Of a stretch of 64,000 nucleotides of DNA, positions 28,728 to 39,076 are shown piece after piece. This stretch comes from Opitutales bacterium (GTDB taxonomy: Bacteria > Verrucomicrobiota > Verrucomicrobiia > Opitutales > PNEW01). The position numbers and the translations under genes were made by a program. The stretch's first letter is position 1, and the number at the start of each line of letters is the position of its first letter. The notes under the pieces were generated by a model, which was not told the origin of the DNA, did not search any database, and was given only the letters and a program-made list of their open reading frames with translations. The stretch covers positions 384,001 to 448,000 of the forward strand of contig CBDANS010000006.1 in NCBI GenBank assembly GCA_965197745.1, read 5' to 3'.

Positions 28728-30065
28728 TTATCGTAGAAAGGTTAATCGCTCTCCGTGCGGTTGGGGATTTAACTGTCGGTTTTGATAGGCGATATGGCCC
28801 GAAACAATTGTTGTATGAATTGAAGATTTAAATGTGAAACCAGTAAAGGGAGACCAACCGCATTTGCTGAAAGTATTTTCTTCAGAAACGGTGAAACCGT
28901 CATTTATGTTCAGCAATACCAGGTCGGCCCAATACCCTTCGCGAATAAAACCTCTATCCTCCAATTGGAACAGACGCGCTACCGCATGACTGGTTTTTTC
29001 CACGATCATCTCAAGGGTGAAAATGCCATTGTTGTAATGTTCGAGTAGTGAAAGGAGGGCGTGCTGCCCAAGAGGCATACCCGAAGGGGCCTCAAAATAA
29101 GAGCGTTTTTTTTCTTCAATGGTGTGGGGGGCATGATCAGTCGCAATGACATCTATCCTGTTATCAATCACCGCTTGCCTTACCGCGTCCCTGTCCTCCT
29201 TCGTCTTTATAGCCGGATTACATTTAATGAGCGACCCTTTTTCTTCATAAGCGGAGTCGTCAAAAAACAAATGGTGGACACAGGCTTCCGCCGTGATTTT
29301 TTTGTCTTCCAATGCTAGATTTGAGAAGAGAGCTATTTCATCAGCCGTGGTAATATGCAAAATATGCAGCTTCGTGCCGTGACTCTGTGCCAGATTGATG
29401 GCAAGGGAGGAGGAATTATAGCACGCTTCGACACTGCGGATAAGGGGGTGAGAACTAAAAGGAACTTCATCACCAAATTTCAGGCGATAGAGATTTTCAT
29501 TTATTTCAATGATGGAGTTGTCCTCACAGTGGGTGGCGACAATTATGGGGGCATTGGCGAAAATTTTATCCAGGACTTCGGGCTTATCAACGAGCAAGTC
29601 TCCGGTCGATGAACCCATAAAAACTTTTATCCCGCATACTTCCCGCGGGTTAATACTTTTAATAGCTTCAATATTCTCATTGGTCGCACCTAAATAGAAA
29701 GCATAGTTAGCAAAGGAGCGCGTGGAAGCGCGTTCCAGTTTATCCATAACCCCTTCACGATTGATGGCTGGTGGAACCGTATTTGGCATTTCCATGTAAG
29801 AAGTGATGCCACCCGCGACTACGGCCTGGGATTCTGAATAGATATCACCTTTTTGCGGGTGACCGGGTTCGCGAAAGTGGACTTGATCATCAATCATTCC
29901 CGGCAGGAGAAACCTGCCTTCAGCGTCAATGAGCAAATCAGCCGACTGTGAAGCGAGGTCTGTTCCCAGCTTCGCGATACGTCCATCTTTTATATAAACG
30001 TCCCCGCTCCCGATAGAACCTTCATTAACAATTCTCGCATTCAAAATCAAAATACTCTTCATCAC
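28728..30065 (-). CDS. pyrC: Dihydroorotase
   Basis: PGMIDDQVHFREPG, EMPNT, KVFMGSSTG, KCNPAIK, ATDHAPH. Confidence 0.92.
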   Translation of the reverse strand: MMKSILILNARIVNEGSIGSGDVYIKDGRIAKLGTDLASQSADLLIDAEGRFLLPGMIDDQVHFREPGHPQKGDIYSESQAVVAGGITSYMEMPNTVPPAINREGVMDKLERASTRSFANYAFYLGATNENIEAIKSINPREVCGIKVFMGSSTGDLLVDKPEVLDKIFANAPIIVATHCEDNSIIEINENLYRLKFGDEVPFSSHPLIRSVEACYNSSSLAINLAQSHGTKLHILHITTADEIALFSNLALEDKKITAEACVHHLFFDDSAYEEKGSLIKCNPAIKTKEDRDAVRQAVIDNRIDVIATDHAPHTIEEKKRSYFEAPSGMPLGQHALLSLLEHYNNGIFTLEMIVEKTSHAVARLFQLEDRGFIREGYWADLVLLNINDGFTVSEENTFSKCGWSPFTGFTFKSSIHTTIVSGHIAYQNRQLNPQPHGERLTFLR

Positions 30066-31009
30066 TTCTCCCCGATCAACCTTAGAAGATAATCCCGTGA
30101 CTGAATGACTTCATCGGAACTCAGGCGCGGACTTAATTCCACGACCAATACATGCTCGGGCCGAAAATATTTTTTCAACATTTCAAAATCGACCGTGCCA
30201 CTACCAAGTGTTTGATTATCCCAACCATTAGGGGTAACATCCTTCAGGTGATACCCCATGAGATGCTGATGGGTTTGTTCCATAAATTGAGCGTGATCAA
30301 TGACGCCGAGCTGTTCCTTAATTTTGGCGTGCCCGCAATCGTGCCATGCCCCGAGGGCGCCACTATCGACATAATCACTGACAAAACTGGGTATATCTTC
30401 ATCAAGCGGTGTCTCCAAAAATCCCTCTCGATTTTCCACCCCGATTCGAATACCTTTATCCTTGGCCAGTGGGATCACTTGAGCCAGGCACTGGCGAACG
30501 CGATCCATGACCGCGACCGTTTTATGCCGTGCTTTAGTCAGGTATCTTTCGACAAGACGTTGAAAGCGTTCATCACTATTAAGAATCGACGTCTCTCTAC
30601 CCGCCCGTAAACGGTTCAAAGTATTTTCCGGATCGGACCAAAAAAAAGAAACGCTGCCTAAATGAGTGATCATAAATTCGGCACCTACGCGAAAAGCCAA
30701 TTCAATAGTCCGTGAAGTTTGACGCACCCACAGTTCCCTCTCTTTTCGGTCGGGAGAAGAGGGTTGATATAAGTTGGGGGCCGCGTGATTGATGCCCGTG
30801 GGAAGTGGACAAAAATTATGAGTGGAGGTAATTTTAATTAATTTTTCGTCCACGGCGCGCAGGATACCTGGCACCAGGGAAATGCGCACCCCATGGCTCA
30901 ATTCGATATATTCAAATCCCAGGTCAACCATCTCCTGGACCATCTCATATCCGTCGATGTGCCGATGGGAACACCAACAAGTAGAGAGTGCTATTTTGGG
31001 TTTCAACAT
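30062..31009 (-). CDS. Xylose isomerase-like TIM-barrel protein (sugar phosphate isomerase/epimerase family)
   Basis: IELSH, GVENRE, WHDCGH, HLKD, VVELS metal-binding pattern. Confidence 0.8.
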   Translation of the reverse strand: MLKPKIALSTCWCSHRHIDGYEMVQEMVDLGFEYIELSHGVRISLVPGILRAVDEKLIKITSTHNFCPLPTGINHAAPNLYQPSSPDRKERELWVRQTSRTIELAFRVGAEFMITHLGSVSFFWSDPENTLNRLRAGRETSILNSDERFQRLVERYLTKARHKTVAVMDRVRQCLAQVIPLAKDKGIRIGVENREGFLETPLDEDIPSFVSDYVDSGALGAWHDCGHAKIKEQLGVIDHAQFMEQTHQHLMGYHLKDVTPNGWDNQTLGSGTVDFEMLKKYFRPEHVLVVELSPRLSSDEVIQSRDYLLRLIGEK

Positions 31010-31049
31010 CCTCCCAAAACGACGGTGCTGTTAATTAAATTCATAACTC

Positions 31050-31586
31050 TTAAGAAAAGTTTTTCCACATCATAGATTCAACCGGTCGAGAAGATTTAGC
31101 CGTATATTTTGCAGACTCTTTACGATTATAGGGAATAGCCACTTCACCTTTTATCTCAAAATAGATCAGCTGCCCGATGGGCATGCCCCTATAAACTTTA
31201 ACGGGTTGATGAACGGAAATCTCCAGGGTCCAGTGATTACAGAAGCCCACATCACCTTTACCCGCGGTGGCATGAATATCGATCCCAAGCCGCCCCACGC
31301 TCGACTTTCCCTCCAGAAACGGAACTTGATTATGGGTTTCGGTATATTCGGTCGTTGACCCGAGATAAATCTGATTGGGTTCCAGGGTATATCCAACCGG
31401 GGGAATTTCGATATAACGCACTTTATTGTGTTTCCTGGCGTCGAGGACACAGTCCACATAAACGGCCAGCGTGTTGCTCAAATGAACGTCATAACTGTTA
31501 GTTCCAAGATTAATCTGATCAAAGGGATCAATAATAATCTCACCCTTCTCCAGTGCTTTGAGAATCTCTTTATCCGATAAAATCAT
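31050..31586 (-). CDS. dcd: dCTP deaminase
   Basis: MILSDKEI, SYDVHL, EGKSSVGRLG, WTLEI, IGQL. Confidence 0.93.
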   Translation of the reverse strand: MILSDKEILKALEKGEIIIDPFDQINLGTNSYDVHLSNTLAVYVDCVLDARKHNKVRYIEIPPVGYTLEPNQIYLGSTTEYTETHNQVPFLEGKSSVGRLGIDIHATAGKGDVGFCNHWTLEISVHQPVKVYRGMPIGQLIYFEIKGEVAIPYNRKESAKYTAKSSRPVESMMWKNFS

Positions 31587-31887
31587 AAATGTTAAAAAGT
31601 GCCGTCATCAAATTTTCCCCCGAATTAATCAGCTATTGGTTTAAATATATAAAGATGAACACCTTCAATATCGAACCGTTGAAAAAATATTTGTGAAATT
31701 CGACCTTAAGGTTTCCATGATTACTGATCAATTTATTAATTTTATACCGGGCTGGACTTTCAATTTTTGCCGATACTAGATGAATGATTATCAAGCCCTA
31801 TCTTCCAGCTAAATCGCATATATAAGATCTAATAAAATCTGCCTCTCCAGCAAACCGTTTTGAATTACTCGATGATGAAAGGGACAA

Positions 31888-33627
31888 CTATGGATTCCCC
31901 TTAACTTTCTTCCCTGCAATCCAAAGAAAAAGTATGGCCGAAGCGGGGAATAATATAAAAAAACTCCACCCGGGGATTCCCAGGGCTACTGTAACGTAGC
32001 CAAATAGCGATGCGATTAACATCGTCGTTAAGGCATAGGGTAATTGGGTCGTTACATGGTCGATAGGGTCACATAAGGTGGAAAGAGAAGAGAGTATGGT
32101 GGTATCACTAATTGGGCTGCAGTGATCGCCAAAAATAGCTCCATCGAGAACGGCGGCCGCGGTGAGATAGAATAAAATCTGCCCACCATGATCAAAAGCG
32201 CCCATGGCATAGGACAGGGGCATGACAACAGGGATAAGTATGCCCATGGTCGCCCAACTGGATCCCGTAGAAAATGATATACCGCTTGCCAGGAAAAAGG
32301 TCAGGAGGGGAAGCAGCCAGAGAGGTAACCGGTCACCCAAAACCGAAACAAGGTATGTATCGGTGCCGAGAGTTTCACATATAGTTTTCATCGACCAGGC
32401 CATAATGATAATGAATATAGCCATCCTCATCGTGTGAATAGACTGAAAAACAACTTTAATTGATTGTTTAAGCGAAAGAATGTTTTGGGCTCTCGCGAGG
32501 CCAATCGCGATCAGACACCCCGTTATTGAAGACCAGAAAAGCACGGCCACCGCCCCGGTATCTGATTGAACGGCAGCAGTAACATATTGATACCACTCTG
32601 TAATTGAAAACAGGGATATACTCTCACCTCTTAATTCTAACCGGTAGTGGCCTAGAAAAATGATACCAATGAAGATCCCACCTATGACCACCAGTAGAGG
32701 CAGGGCGGCGTTAATCCAACGGTGAGGGACACCTGGTGCCGGTTCTACAGCTTCTCCCCTTTCACGGGTTAATAGACGCGCACCATCGCCCAGTAGCTTA
32801 CCTTCGACTGCCGATCGCATTTCTGCGCGGTACATGGGACCAAAATCACGCTCCATAAGCGATGTTAGAAAAATGAAGATCAAGGTACCCCAACAATAAA
32901 AACGGAGAGGGATAAGTTTAAGGAAAATGGCGTAACCACCGTCATCAATCCCGAGATCACGCGCAGTTGATCCGAGAAGCCAGACTTCAAAGCCGATCCA
33001 AGTAGATACCAGCGCTAATCCCGCAATTGGCGCCGTTGTCGAGTCTACAAGATAAGCGAGTTTTTCACGGGATATCTTCCATTTATCCGTCAACTTACGC
33101 ATCGTTGATCCAACGACTATGGTATTAGAGTAATCATCAAAGAATATGGCGAGCCCAGCGATCAAGGCAGTCACCTTGGTTGATCGTGAGCTTTTGGCAA
33201 AACGGGAAATAACTGCAATCAGACCATCAATTCCTCCACTTTTATAAATTACATTAACCATTCCCATGAGAGCGAAGAGGAACCCGAAAATATAAATATT
33301 AAATTGTTTTATAAGGTTTACCCAGATGAACTGGTGTCCTGCTGAGTAAATAGCCACCCAGGGATATGGCCCGTAGGCGAGAAAAGCGCCCAGTAAAAAA
33401 GCGCTGCTCAATGCCCATACAAGGGATCGAAAATAAACAGCCACACTAACCGCGAGCAGAGGGGGTAAAATAGAAGTCCAATGCCCGATAAATTTATCAC
33501 TGAGCGTATAGTGTGTCGTCGTCGGAAGGTTGGCTAATAACCCACATAATACGATTATGCACAAGGCAAAGGAAATCCAGCGCTTTGAATTTCTCCAATG
33601 GGGTTTTGATTCATTCATGGATATCAA
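31888..33627 (-). CDS. NhaC-family Na+/H+ antiporter-like transporter
   Basis: IFFDDYSN, SREKLAYLVDSTTAP, GSSWATMGI, GDHCSPISDTT. The start may be ATG 33618. Confidence 0.88.
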   Translation of the reverse strand: MISMNESKPHWRNSKRWISFALCIIVLCGLLANLPTTTHYTLSDKFIGHWTSILPPLLAVSVAVYFRSLVWALSSAFLLGAFLAYGPYPWVAIYSAGHQFIWVNLIKQFNIYIFGFLFALMGMVNVIYKSGGIDGLIAVISRFAKSSRSTKVTALIAGLAIFFDDYSNTIVVGSTMRKLTDKWKISREKLAYLVDSTTAPIAGLALVSTWIGFEVWLLGSTARDLGIDDGGYAIFLKLIPLRFYCWGTLIFIFLTSLMERDFGPMYRAEMRSAVEGKLLGDGARLLTRERGEAVEPAPGVPHRWINAALPLLVVIGGIFIGIIFLGHYRLELRGESISLFSITEWYQYVTAAVQSDTGAVAVLFWSSITGCLIAIGLARAQNILSLKQSIKVVFQSIHTMRMAIFIIIMAWSMKTICETLGTDTYLVSVLGDRLPLWLLPLLTFFLASGISFSTGSSWATMGILIPVVMPLSYAMGAFDHGGQILFYLTAAAVLDGAIFGDHCSPISDTTILSSLSTLCDPIDHVTTQLPYALTTMLIASLFGYVTVALGIPGWSFFILFPASAILFLWIAGKKVKGNP

Positions 33628-33740
33628 TCACCTAAAAAATAAATTCTCCCTTTGATCCCTTCGCTCAGAAAAAAAAACGTCAAGAGGAAATAGTAAATTT
33701 TAATTCACCCTCATGCGCAGGAGTGAAAAGAATTACTCGC

Positions 33741-33778
33741 AAAAAAAACAGGGGCATTGTTTTCACAATGCCCCTGTT
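33741..33778 (-). terminator. Rho-independent terminator of the TonB-dependent receptor gene
   Basis: Perfect 14-bp stem AACAGGGGCATTGT-TTTC-ACAATGCCCCTGTT with an A-run (U-tract on the minus strand), about 30 nt past the stop. Confidence 0.9.
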
Positions 33779-33809
33779 AAGGTTTATTAACTAAATATAA
33801 AGTTAATTG

Positions 33810-36023
33810 TTAGAATCCAATTCTTACACCACCTTTGAATGTGCGTGCTTCTAAGAATGCCTGATTTCTTTCGACCGCATCGATGTTAAACAAATTATGT
33901 ATGTTAAACATCAGAGTAACATCATAATCCTTCCAATCGAAGTTATATCGTGTGAATAGGCTGGTGTTGTAGATCTCATCGGAGTAACGACCCCGAGGAA
34001 CATCAGGAAGATTCGTGAAACCACTACGGTCTACTTCTTCCATATAGGTAAGGGTACCACCAAGGGCTAAACCCTCTAATGGACCCTCATTGAAGCTGTA
34101 ACGTGAGGTTACGCTAAACTGAGTTCCAGGTGCTCCACCCAAATTTCCGCCTTCACGGGCTGGATTGGTTTCGTCACTTACTAACTGGGTATCGAGGAAT
34201 GAGAAAGAGAACATGTTCTGCCAGTTATCCCATGGCGAGTAAACAAGGTCTCCATCAAAACCACTCGAATTTTCAATACCTGATAGGAAGGTGCGCTCAC
34301 CTGCACGGTTACCGGTAATGGGGTCAAAAATCGTCACCTGACGAGGAATATTCGACCGGTCAATGTCAAAGTATGACATCGAACCAGAGAGTCTTCCATC
34401 CCAGATATCTAATTTAACACCAAACTCGGTGCCTTTACCTGACTGCGGGTCAAGAGCATTGGCATCCTGTCCAGTTCCATTGTCAGCGAGAGATTCACTC
34501 CAGCTGAAGAAGAGTCCGAAACCGGGCCATACATCGAAAACGAGTCCAGCCTGGAAGGTTTCATCCTGTACTTCAGGGTTTTGAATCTGGTCAGTGCGTG
34601 CACCCCATAAGACATGTAATCTGCCGTCATAGGCTGTAATCTGATCAGTGAAGAACCATGCATCATAACCAAATCCACCACCTACGTTATGCAAGCGGTC
34701 AATTGTTTGTGATTTGCTCGGTGCGTCACCTTTCGGCCAACCAACGACTCTTTCCTGATCACCATCCGGACCTGCATCATTAGTAAACGGACTGTTGGGA
34801 TCATAGGGAACTACGTTATCAGTAAGATATCCAAACTGCGATACGAACTTTGAAGTTCTGCGCCTGGAATCAAACCCAATAACAATATTGTGTTCCATAT
34901 TCCAAATATTCGTTTTGAGTTGCAAGTCATGTCTGTGATGGGTGTGGTCTTCTTCCTCAATCGTGAAACGAGTTCCAATTTCCTGGAAACCATCGAACTC
35001 ACCACCGCGAATTAAACCACGAGGCTGCCTTAAGAAAACATCTCTTTCGCGCTGTCTGTTGAATATCACATAGCGGTAATTAACGTTTTCACTGAAGGAG
35101 TAGTCGAACTTTATGACATTGAAGTCATGGGTGTTGTCAAACCAGTCGTCTGGTCCTCTCCAAGCAACATTTTCTCTTCCACCACTATAGGCACGCCATG
35201 GGGACTGATTACCGAACTCGTCGGAAACCCAGAAGGGGGTTCCTTGGCTAGGAGTCCAGTCACGGTCATGGTGTTCCCATTCGAACTGGATAGTCGCCTT
35301 GTCCGTTAATCTCCATTGGACTGCACCATACAGGAATTCAATCTCGAGCTCTTCAAAGAGCTCATCAGATTTGTTATATACGTACTCACCTGTAAAGCGA
35401 TAGGCAATTCTATCACCGACAGCATCCAGAGGTCCAGTCACATCAAGAACCGCACGACGATAGGAATAATTACCGATGGTACCGGTAAAGGATCCCGAAC
35501 GCGTCCACTGTGGTTGCTTGGTGATTAAGTTGATCGAACCACCGGGTGTCATTGATCCATAAGTCACCGACCTCGGCCCTTTAATAATTTCCACGCGTGC
35601 GAGATTAGCTGCCGAGTGATAACCTGAGATGGTTACACCATTGCGGTAGATCTGATCTGTGGGGAACCCACGGATGTTATACCAGCCTTGGTCTCGTTCA
35701 GCATACTCCACTCTGACATTGGCGGCATATTCAACTATGTCATCCAAATCAGCAGACATGGTGTCAGCTATAAGGTCCTCAGTAATGGCTTGAATCGGAA
35801 TGGCTATATCTGTCAATGCAACTGCAGTTCTTGAACCACTGATGACATCGATAGCTTTATAGCCAACGTCTTTAGAAGTATCCACCTCGTACTCAGACAA
35901 GGTATAGACATCTTCCTCGTCTTGCGCTGATAATTGCACGGGTGCAATTATGGCAAGACTCAGTACTGTTGCCGTGCCAAAGAGAAATAATCTCTTCGCA
36001 AAGCAAGATAATACGTCACTCAT
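33810..36023 (-). CDS. TonB-dependent outer-membrane receptor
   Basis: Signal peptide, plug motifs (NIRGF, RVEIIKGPRSVTYG, PGGSINLITKQP), beta-barrel, terminal Phe. Confidence 0.93.
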   Translation of the reverse strand: MSDVLSCFAKRLFLFGTATVLSLAIIAPVQLSAQDEEDVYTLSEYEVDTSKDVGYKAIDVISGSRTAVALTDIAIPIQAITEDLIADTMSADLDDIVEYAANVRVEYAERDQGWYNIRGFPTDQIYRNGVTISGYHSAANLARVEIIKGPRSVTYGSMTPGGSINLITKQPQWTRSGSFTGTIGNYSYRRAVLDVTGPLDAVGDRIAYRFTGEYVYNKSDELFEELEIEFLYGAVQWRLTDKATIQFEWEHHDRDWTPSQGTPFWVSDEFGNQSPWRAYSGGRENVAWRGPDDWFDNTHDFNVIKFDYSFSENVNYRYVIFNRQRERDVFLRQPRGLIRGGEFDGFQEIGTRFTIEEEDHTHHRHDLQLKTNIWNMEHNIVIGFDSRRRTSKFVSQFGYLTDNVVPYDPNSPFTNDAGPDGDQERVVGWPKGDAPSKSQTIDRLHNVGGGFGYDAWFFTDQITAYDGRLHVLWGARTDQIQNPEVQDETFQAGLVFDVWPGFGLFFSWSESLADNGTGQDANALDPQSGKGTEFGVKLDIWDGRLSGSMSYFDIDRSNIPRQVTIFDPITGNRAGERTFLSGIENSSGFDGDLVYSPWDNWQNMFSFSFLDTQLVSDETNPAREGGNLGGAPGTQFSVTSRYSFNEGPLEGLALGGTLTYMEEVDRSGFTNLPDVPRGRYSDEIYNTSLFTRYNFDWKDYDVTLMFNIHNLFNIDAVERNQAFLEARTFKGGVRIGF

Positions 36024-36447
36024 ATGTTTTTCCCTATTTTGGGGTTTTGTAGGTTGGTTTTGAACTCGCAGAGCGAGCCCAAATCATATGGCCATAAATT
36101 TCGTGGCTGATCCCCTACCTGTCAACCCATTTTTACATTATTTTTAAAACCTGGACTGAAGCGTTAATTTAATCGCCATAGAGCTCATTATTATGAGTCC
36201 AAATTTATCTTTTTTAGGGAAATTTAGCTATATAACTATTTGTTTATTAAATATTTATAAAATAATATTTATAAAATTTATTAGGGGCCCGGAAAAAATA
36301 GCGGTGTCCCGTAGTTCTCATCTTCTCAAATGTTATGTCAAAATAAGCGATTTACAAGGTCTTAACCACCAGCTAAAAAGGGACTATTCGAAGGGGTTAT
36401 TGTTAAGCTCAGGGTTAACTGGATAGCGCACTACCCTGTATAAAAAT

Positions 36448-37248
36448 TTAATGGTTTAAATGGAAGAAATTCCTCGTATTTTCAGACGCCCGCTGCGCAA
36501 ATTCCTGGGGATCCAGTTCAAAAAATTGCGCACAGAATCGGGCAGTGTGCACGAGATAAGCAGGTTCATTGCGTTTTCCACGACGTGGGACGGGGGCAAG
36601 GTAGGGCGCATCCGTTTCTATCATCAGCTGATCAAGCCCCTGAATTTGGGCGGCTTGACGTATCGAATCAGCCGATTTGTAAGTGATAATACCTGTAAAT
36701 GAGCCCCTACCGCCCTTTTTCATAAGCAGTTTCATTTCCTCGGGGCCATGCGCAAAGCAATGAAAAACCACTTTCTGAAAATCTATTCCTGACTTATCGA
36801 TGACCTCTAAACAGGCATTAAATGCGTTACGGGAGTGTATGACAACAGGGCAATCTACCTCGAGAGCCAGGGATAATTGACGTCTAAAGGCCTCACCCTG
36901 GCGGTATTTCACCCCGGCAGCTTCATCGGGATTTTTTGGGAGGTGAAAATAGTCTAATCCTATCTCACCTAAAGCTACGGGACTGCTATCAGCAGAGAAG
37001 TAAGGGTTTAACAGGAGTAATTGCTCCTCCCAGTCCTCTTCCACATGTGAGGGGTGCAGTCCGGCTGTGTAATAGATGTTTCCCTCGTTGCTATGCGCCA
37101 TATCCTTATAGAGTGCCCAATCAGACGCACAGGTGCCGATAGTAATAATCTGATTAATACCCTCTGATTGGGCATTATCCAATGTCTGGTCCAGATTTCC
37201 CTTTTTGTGGAAGAATTCAAGGTGGCAATGGCTATCGATGAGAACCAT
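36448..37248 (-). CDS. tatD: TatD-family DNase
   Basis: IDSHCHL, GLHP, GEIGLDY, IHSR, FHCF, ETDAPYLAP. Confidence 0.93.
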   Translation of the reverse strand: MVLIDSHCHLEFFHKKGNLDQTLDNAQSEGINQIITIGTCASDWALYKDMAHSNEGNIYYTAGLHPSHVEEDWEEQLLLLNPYFSADSSPVALGEIGLDYFHLPKNPDEAAGVKYRQGEAFRRQLSLALEVDCPVVIHSRNAFNACLEVIDKSGIDFQKVVFHCFAHGPEEMKLLMKKGGRGSFTGIITYKSADSIRQAAQIQGLDQLMIETDAPYLAPVPRRGKRNEPAYLVHTARFCAQFFELDPQEFAQRASENTRNFFHLNH

Positions 37249-37521
37249 ACTTCGTCAAAGTGAGCAATACACATGCAGAAACTTCAAGATATTACGCAAC
37301 CTTTAACAGCACATACGGTATTCGGTGTGAATCATATTGATCCTGACAGAGGTTGGAAACAAGTTTGTTAATATAGGGAGACATTAATACGGTTATTTCC
37401 CCACTTAAGCTCAGCGATTTTAAAATTTTTAAAATTTACGGGAACCAACCTCGATTTGCCTGGGTAGTAGTCCTATTACAATCGCAAATTGAGCTATAGT
37501 ATTATACCAATATAGGATAAC

Positions 37522-38925
37522 ATGATAAATATCCCCTATCATAAGGGCAGGTTACTCTTCTTTAATTTTGCCTTCATTTTACCGTTTTACTTCACCCCCC
37601 ACCTGGCTGCCGTAGACCCCCAGCCTAACTCTTTTCATGAAATCTTAGCGATAAGCAAAATTCGATCATCGAACGGGCAAGAGCGGAAAAATGCCTACAA
37701 CTACATAAACGCCCATTGGCAGGACAACTTCACTCCGATGATTCTGGAGCTCATTCAGTTGAACCGATACGAAGATTTGCGGCGGGGTTCCACAATACAG
37801 TTTTATCGCTTACTGCAAAAGAAAACAAAACAGCGTATCAGCAGTGATGTAAAAAAGTGGCAGGAATGGTTATGGAACAAAGAACCCGATTTACACCCTT
37901 ATTATGCCGCTTATAAATTTATGATTTATGGCCGCATCGACCGGCGATTTGAGAAATATTTCAGAGTCGGTCGAACCGCAAAAATACGGTTGGATGAAGT
38001 GGTATGGGGAGGCGTACGGCAAGACGCTATACCGCCTTTGCGCCACCCGAAGATGATCGATGCCAGCGAAGCTACATTTTTATCCATCAAGCAAAAAGTA
38101 TTTGGCCTTATGGTTAATGATACCGCCAGTGCTTATCCCCAACGCATACTCGCCTGGCATGAAATGGTCGTTGATGAGGTGGGGGGAGAACCTATAGCCG
38201 GAGTTTACTGCACGCTCTGCGGTTCTCTGGTCATTTATAAGACGAAGCACAAGGGAGTTAATCATCAACTGGGGACCAGTGGATTTCTCTACCGCTCTAA
38301 TAAATTGATGTATGATAAAAATACACAATCCCTTTGGAGTACCCTGCGAGGAGAGCCCGTTATCGGACCTCTCGCTGATGAGGCCATTAAATTGGATCGG
38401 ATCGGTGTTGTCACCACCTCGTGGGGTGAGTGGAAGAGGAGGCATCCCGCGACTCGGGTGATGTCCATAGATACGGGATATAGTCGCGATTATGGCGAAG
38501 GTGCAGCCTATAGGGAGTACTTCAGCAACGATGAGTTAATGTTCGCTGTTCCTAAAACGGACAAGCGACTCAAAAACAAATCCGAGGTATTAGGTTTAAT
38601 TTTCAGCGATTATCCAACAAAGCCCATCGCCATATCTGTAGATTTTTTGAATAAAAATCCTATCTATCATGACCGTGTTGGAGATCTCAACTTCGTGGTG
38701 CTTACCGACAAGTCCGGAGCCAATCGTGTCTATGATACCGAGGGTATCAATTTTAAAAATTGGGATGGCGATCAGACGGTTGTCGACGAAAACGATACCT
38801 CATGGAGATTAAGTGAAAATCGATTGGTTTCTACAGATGACCGCAGTCTTTTACGTTTACCGGCTCACCGCACCTTTTGGTTCGGTTGGTTCTCCACTTT
38901 TATGCAAACACGTTTAGTAAAGTAA
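37522..38925 (+). CDS. DUF3179 domain exported protein with N-terminal helical extension
   Basis: WGGVRQDAIPPL, AYPQRILAWHEMV, YCTLCG, GTSGFLYRSN, FWFGW. Confidence 0.82.
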   Translation: MINIPYHKGRLLFFNFAFILPFYFTPHLAAVDPQPNSFHEILAISKIRSSNGQERKNAYNYINAHWQDNFTPMILELIQLNRYEDLRRGSTIQFYRLLQKKTKQRISSDVKKWQEWLWNKEPDLHPYYAAYKFMIYGRIDRRFEKYFRVGRTAKIRLDEVVWGGVRQDAIPPLRHPKMIDASEATFLSIKQKVFGLMVNDTASAYPQRILAWHEMVVDEVGGEPIAGVYCTLCGSLVIYKTKHKGVNHQLGTSGFLYRSNKLMYDKNTQSLWSTLRGEPVIGPLADEAIKLDRIGVVTTSWGEWKRRHPATRVMSIDTGYSRDYGEGAAYREYFSNDELMFAVPKTDKRLKNKSEVLGLIFSDYPTKPIAISVDFLNKNPIYHDRVGDLNFVVLTDKSGANRVYDTEGINFKNWDGDQTVVDENDTSWRLSENRLVSTDDRSLLRLPAHRTFWFGWFSTFMQTRLVK

Positions 38926-39076
38926 TTATAGATCCGCAGAGTTATCCATTCGTAGTATGATCTTAATTACTGAGAGACAGTCTTTCATTCCACGCCATAG
39001 AACTCAATTTATTCTGATAGAAAACAATGGCAGGAAAATCGGGATTTGATAAAAATCAACAGGCCAGGTGCTCAGG

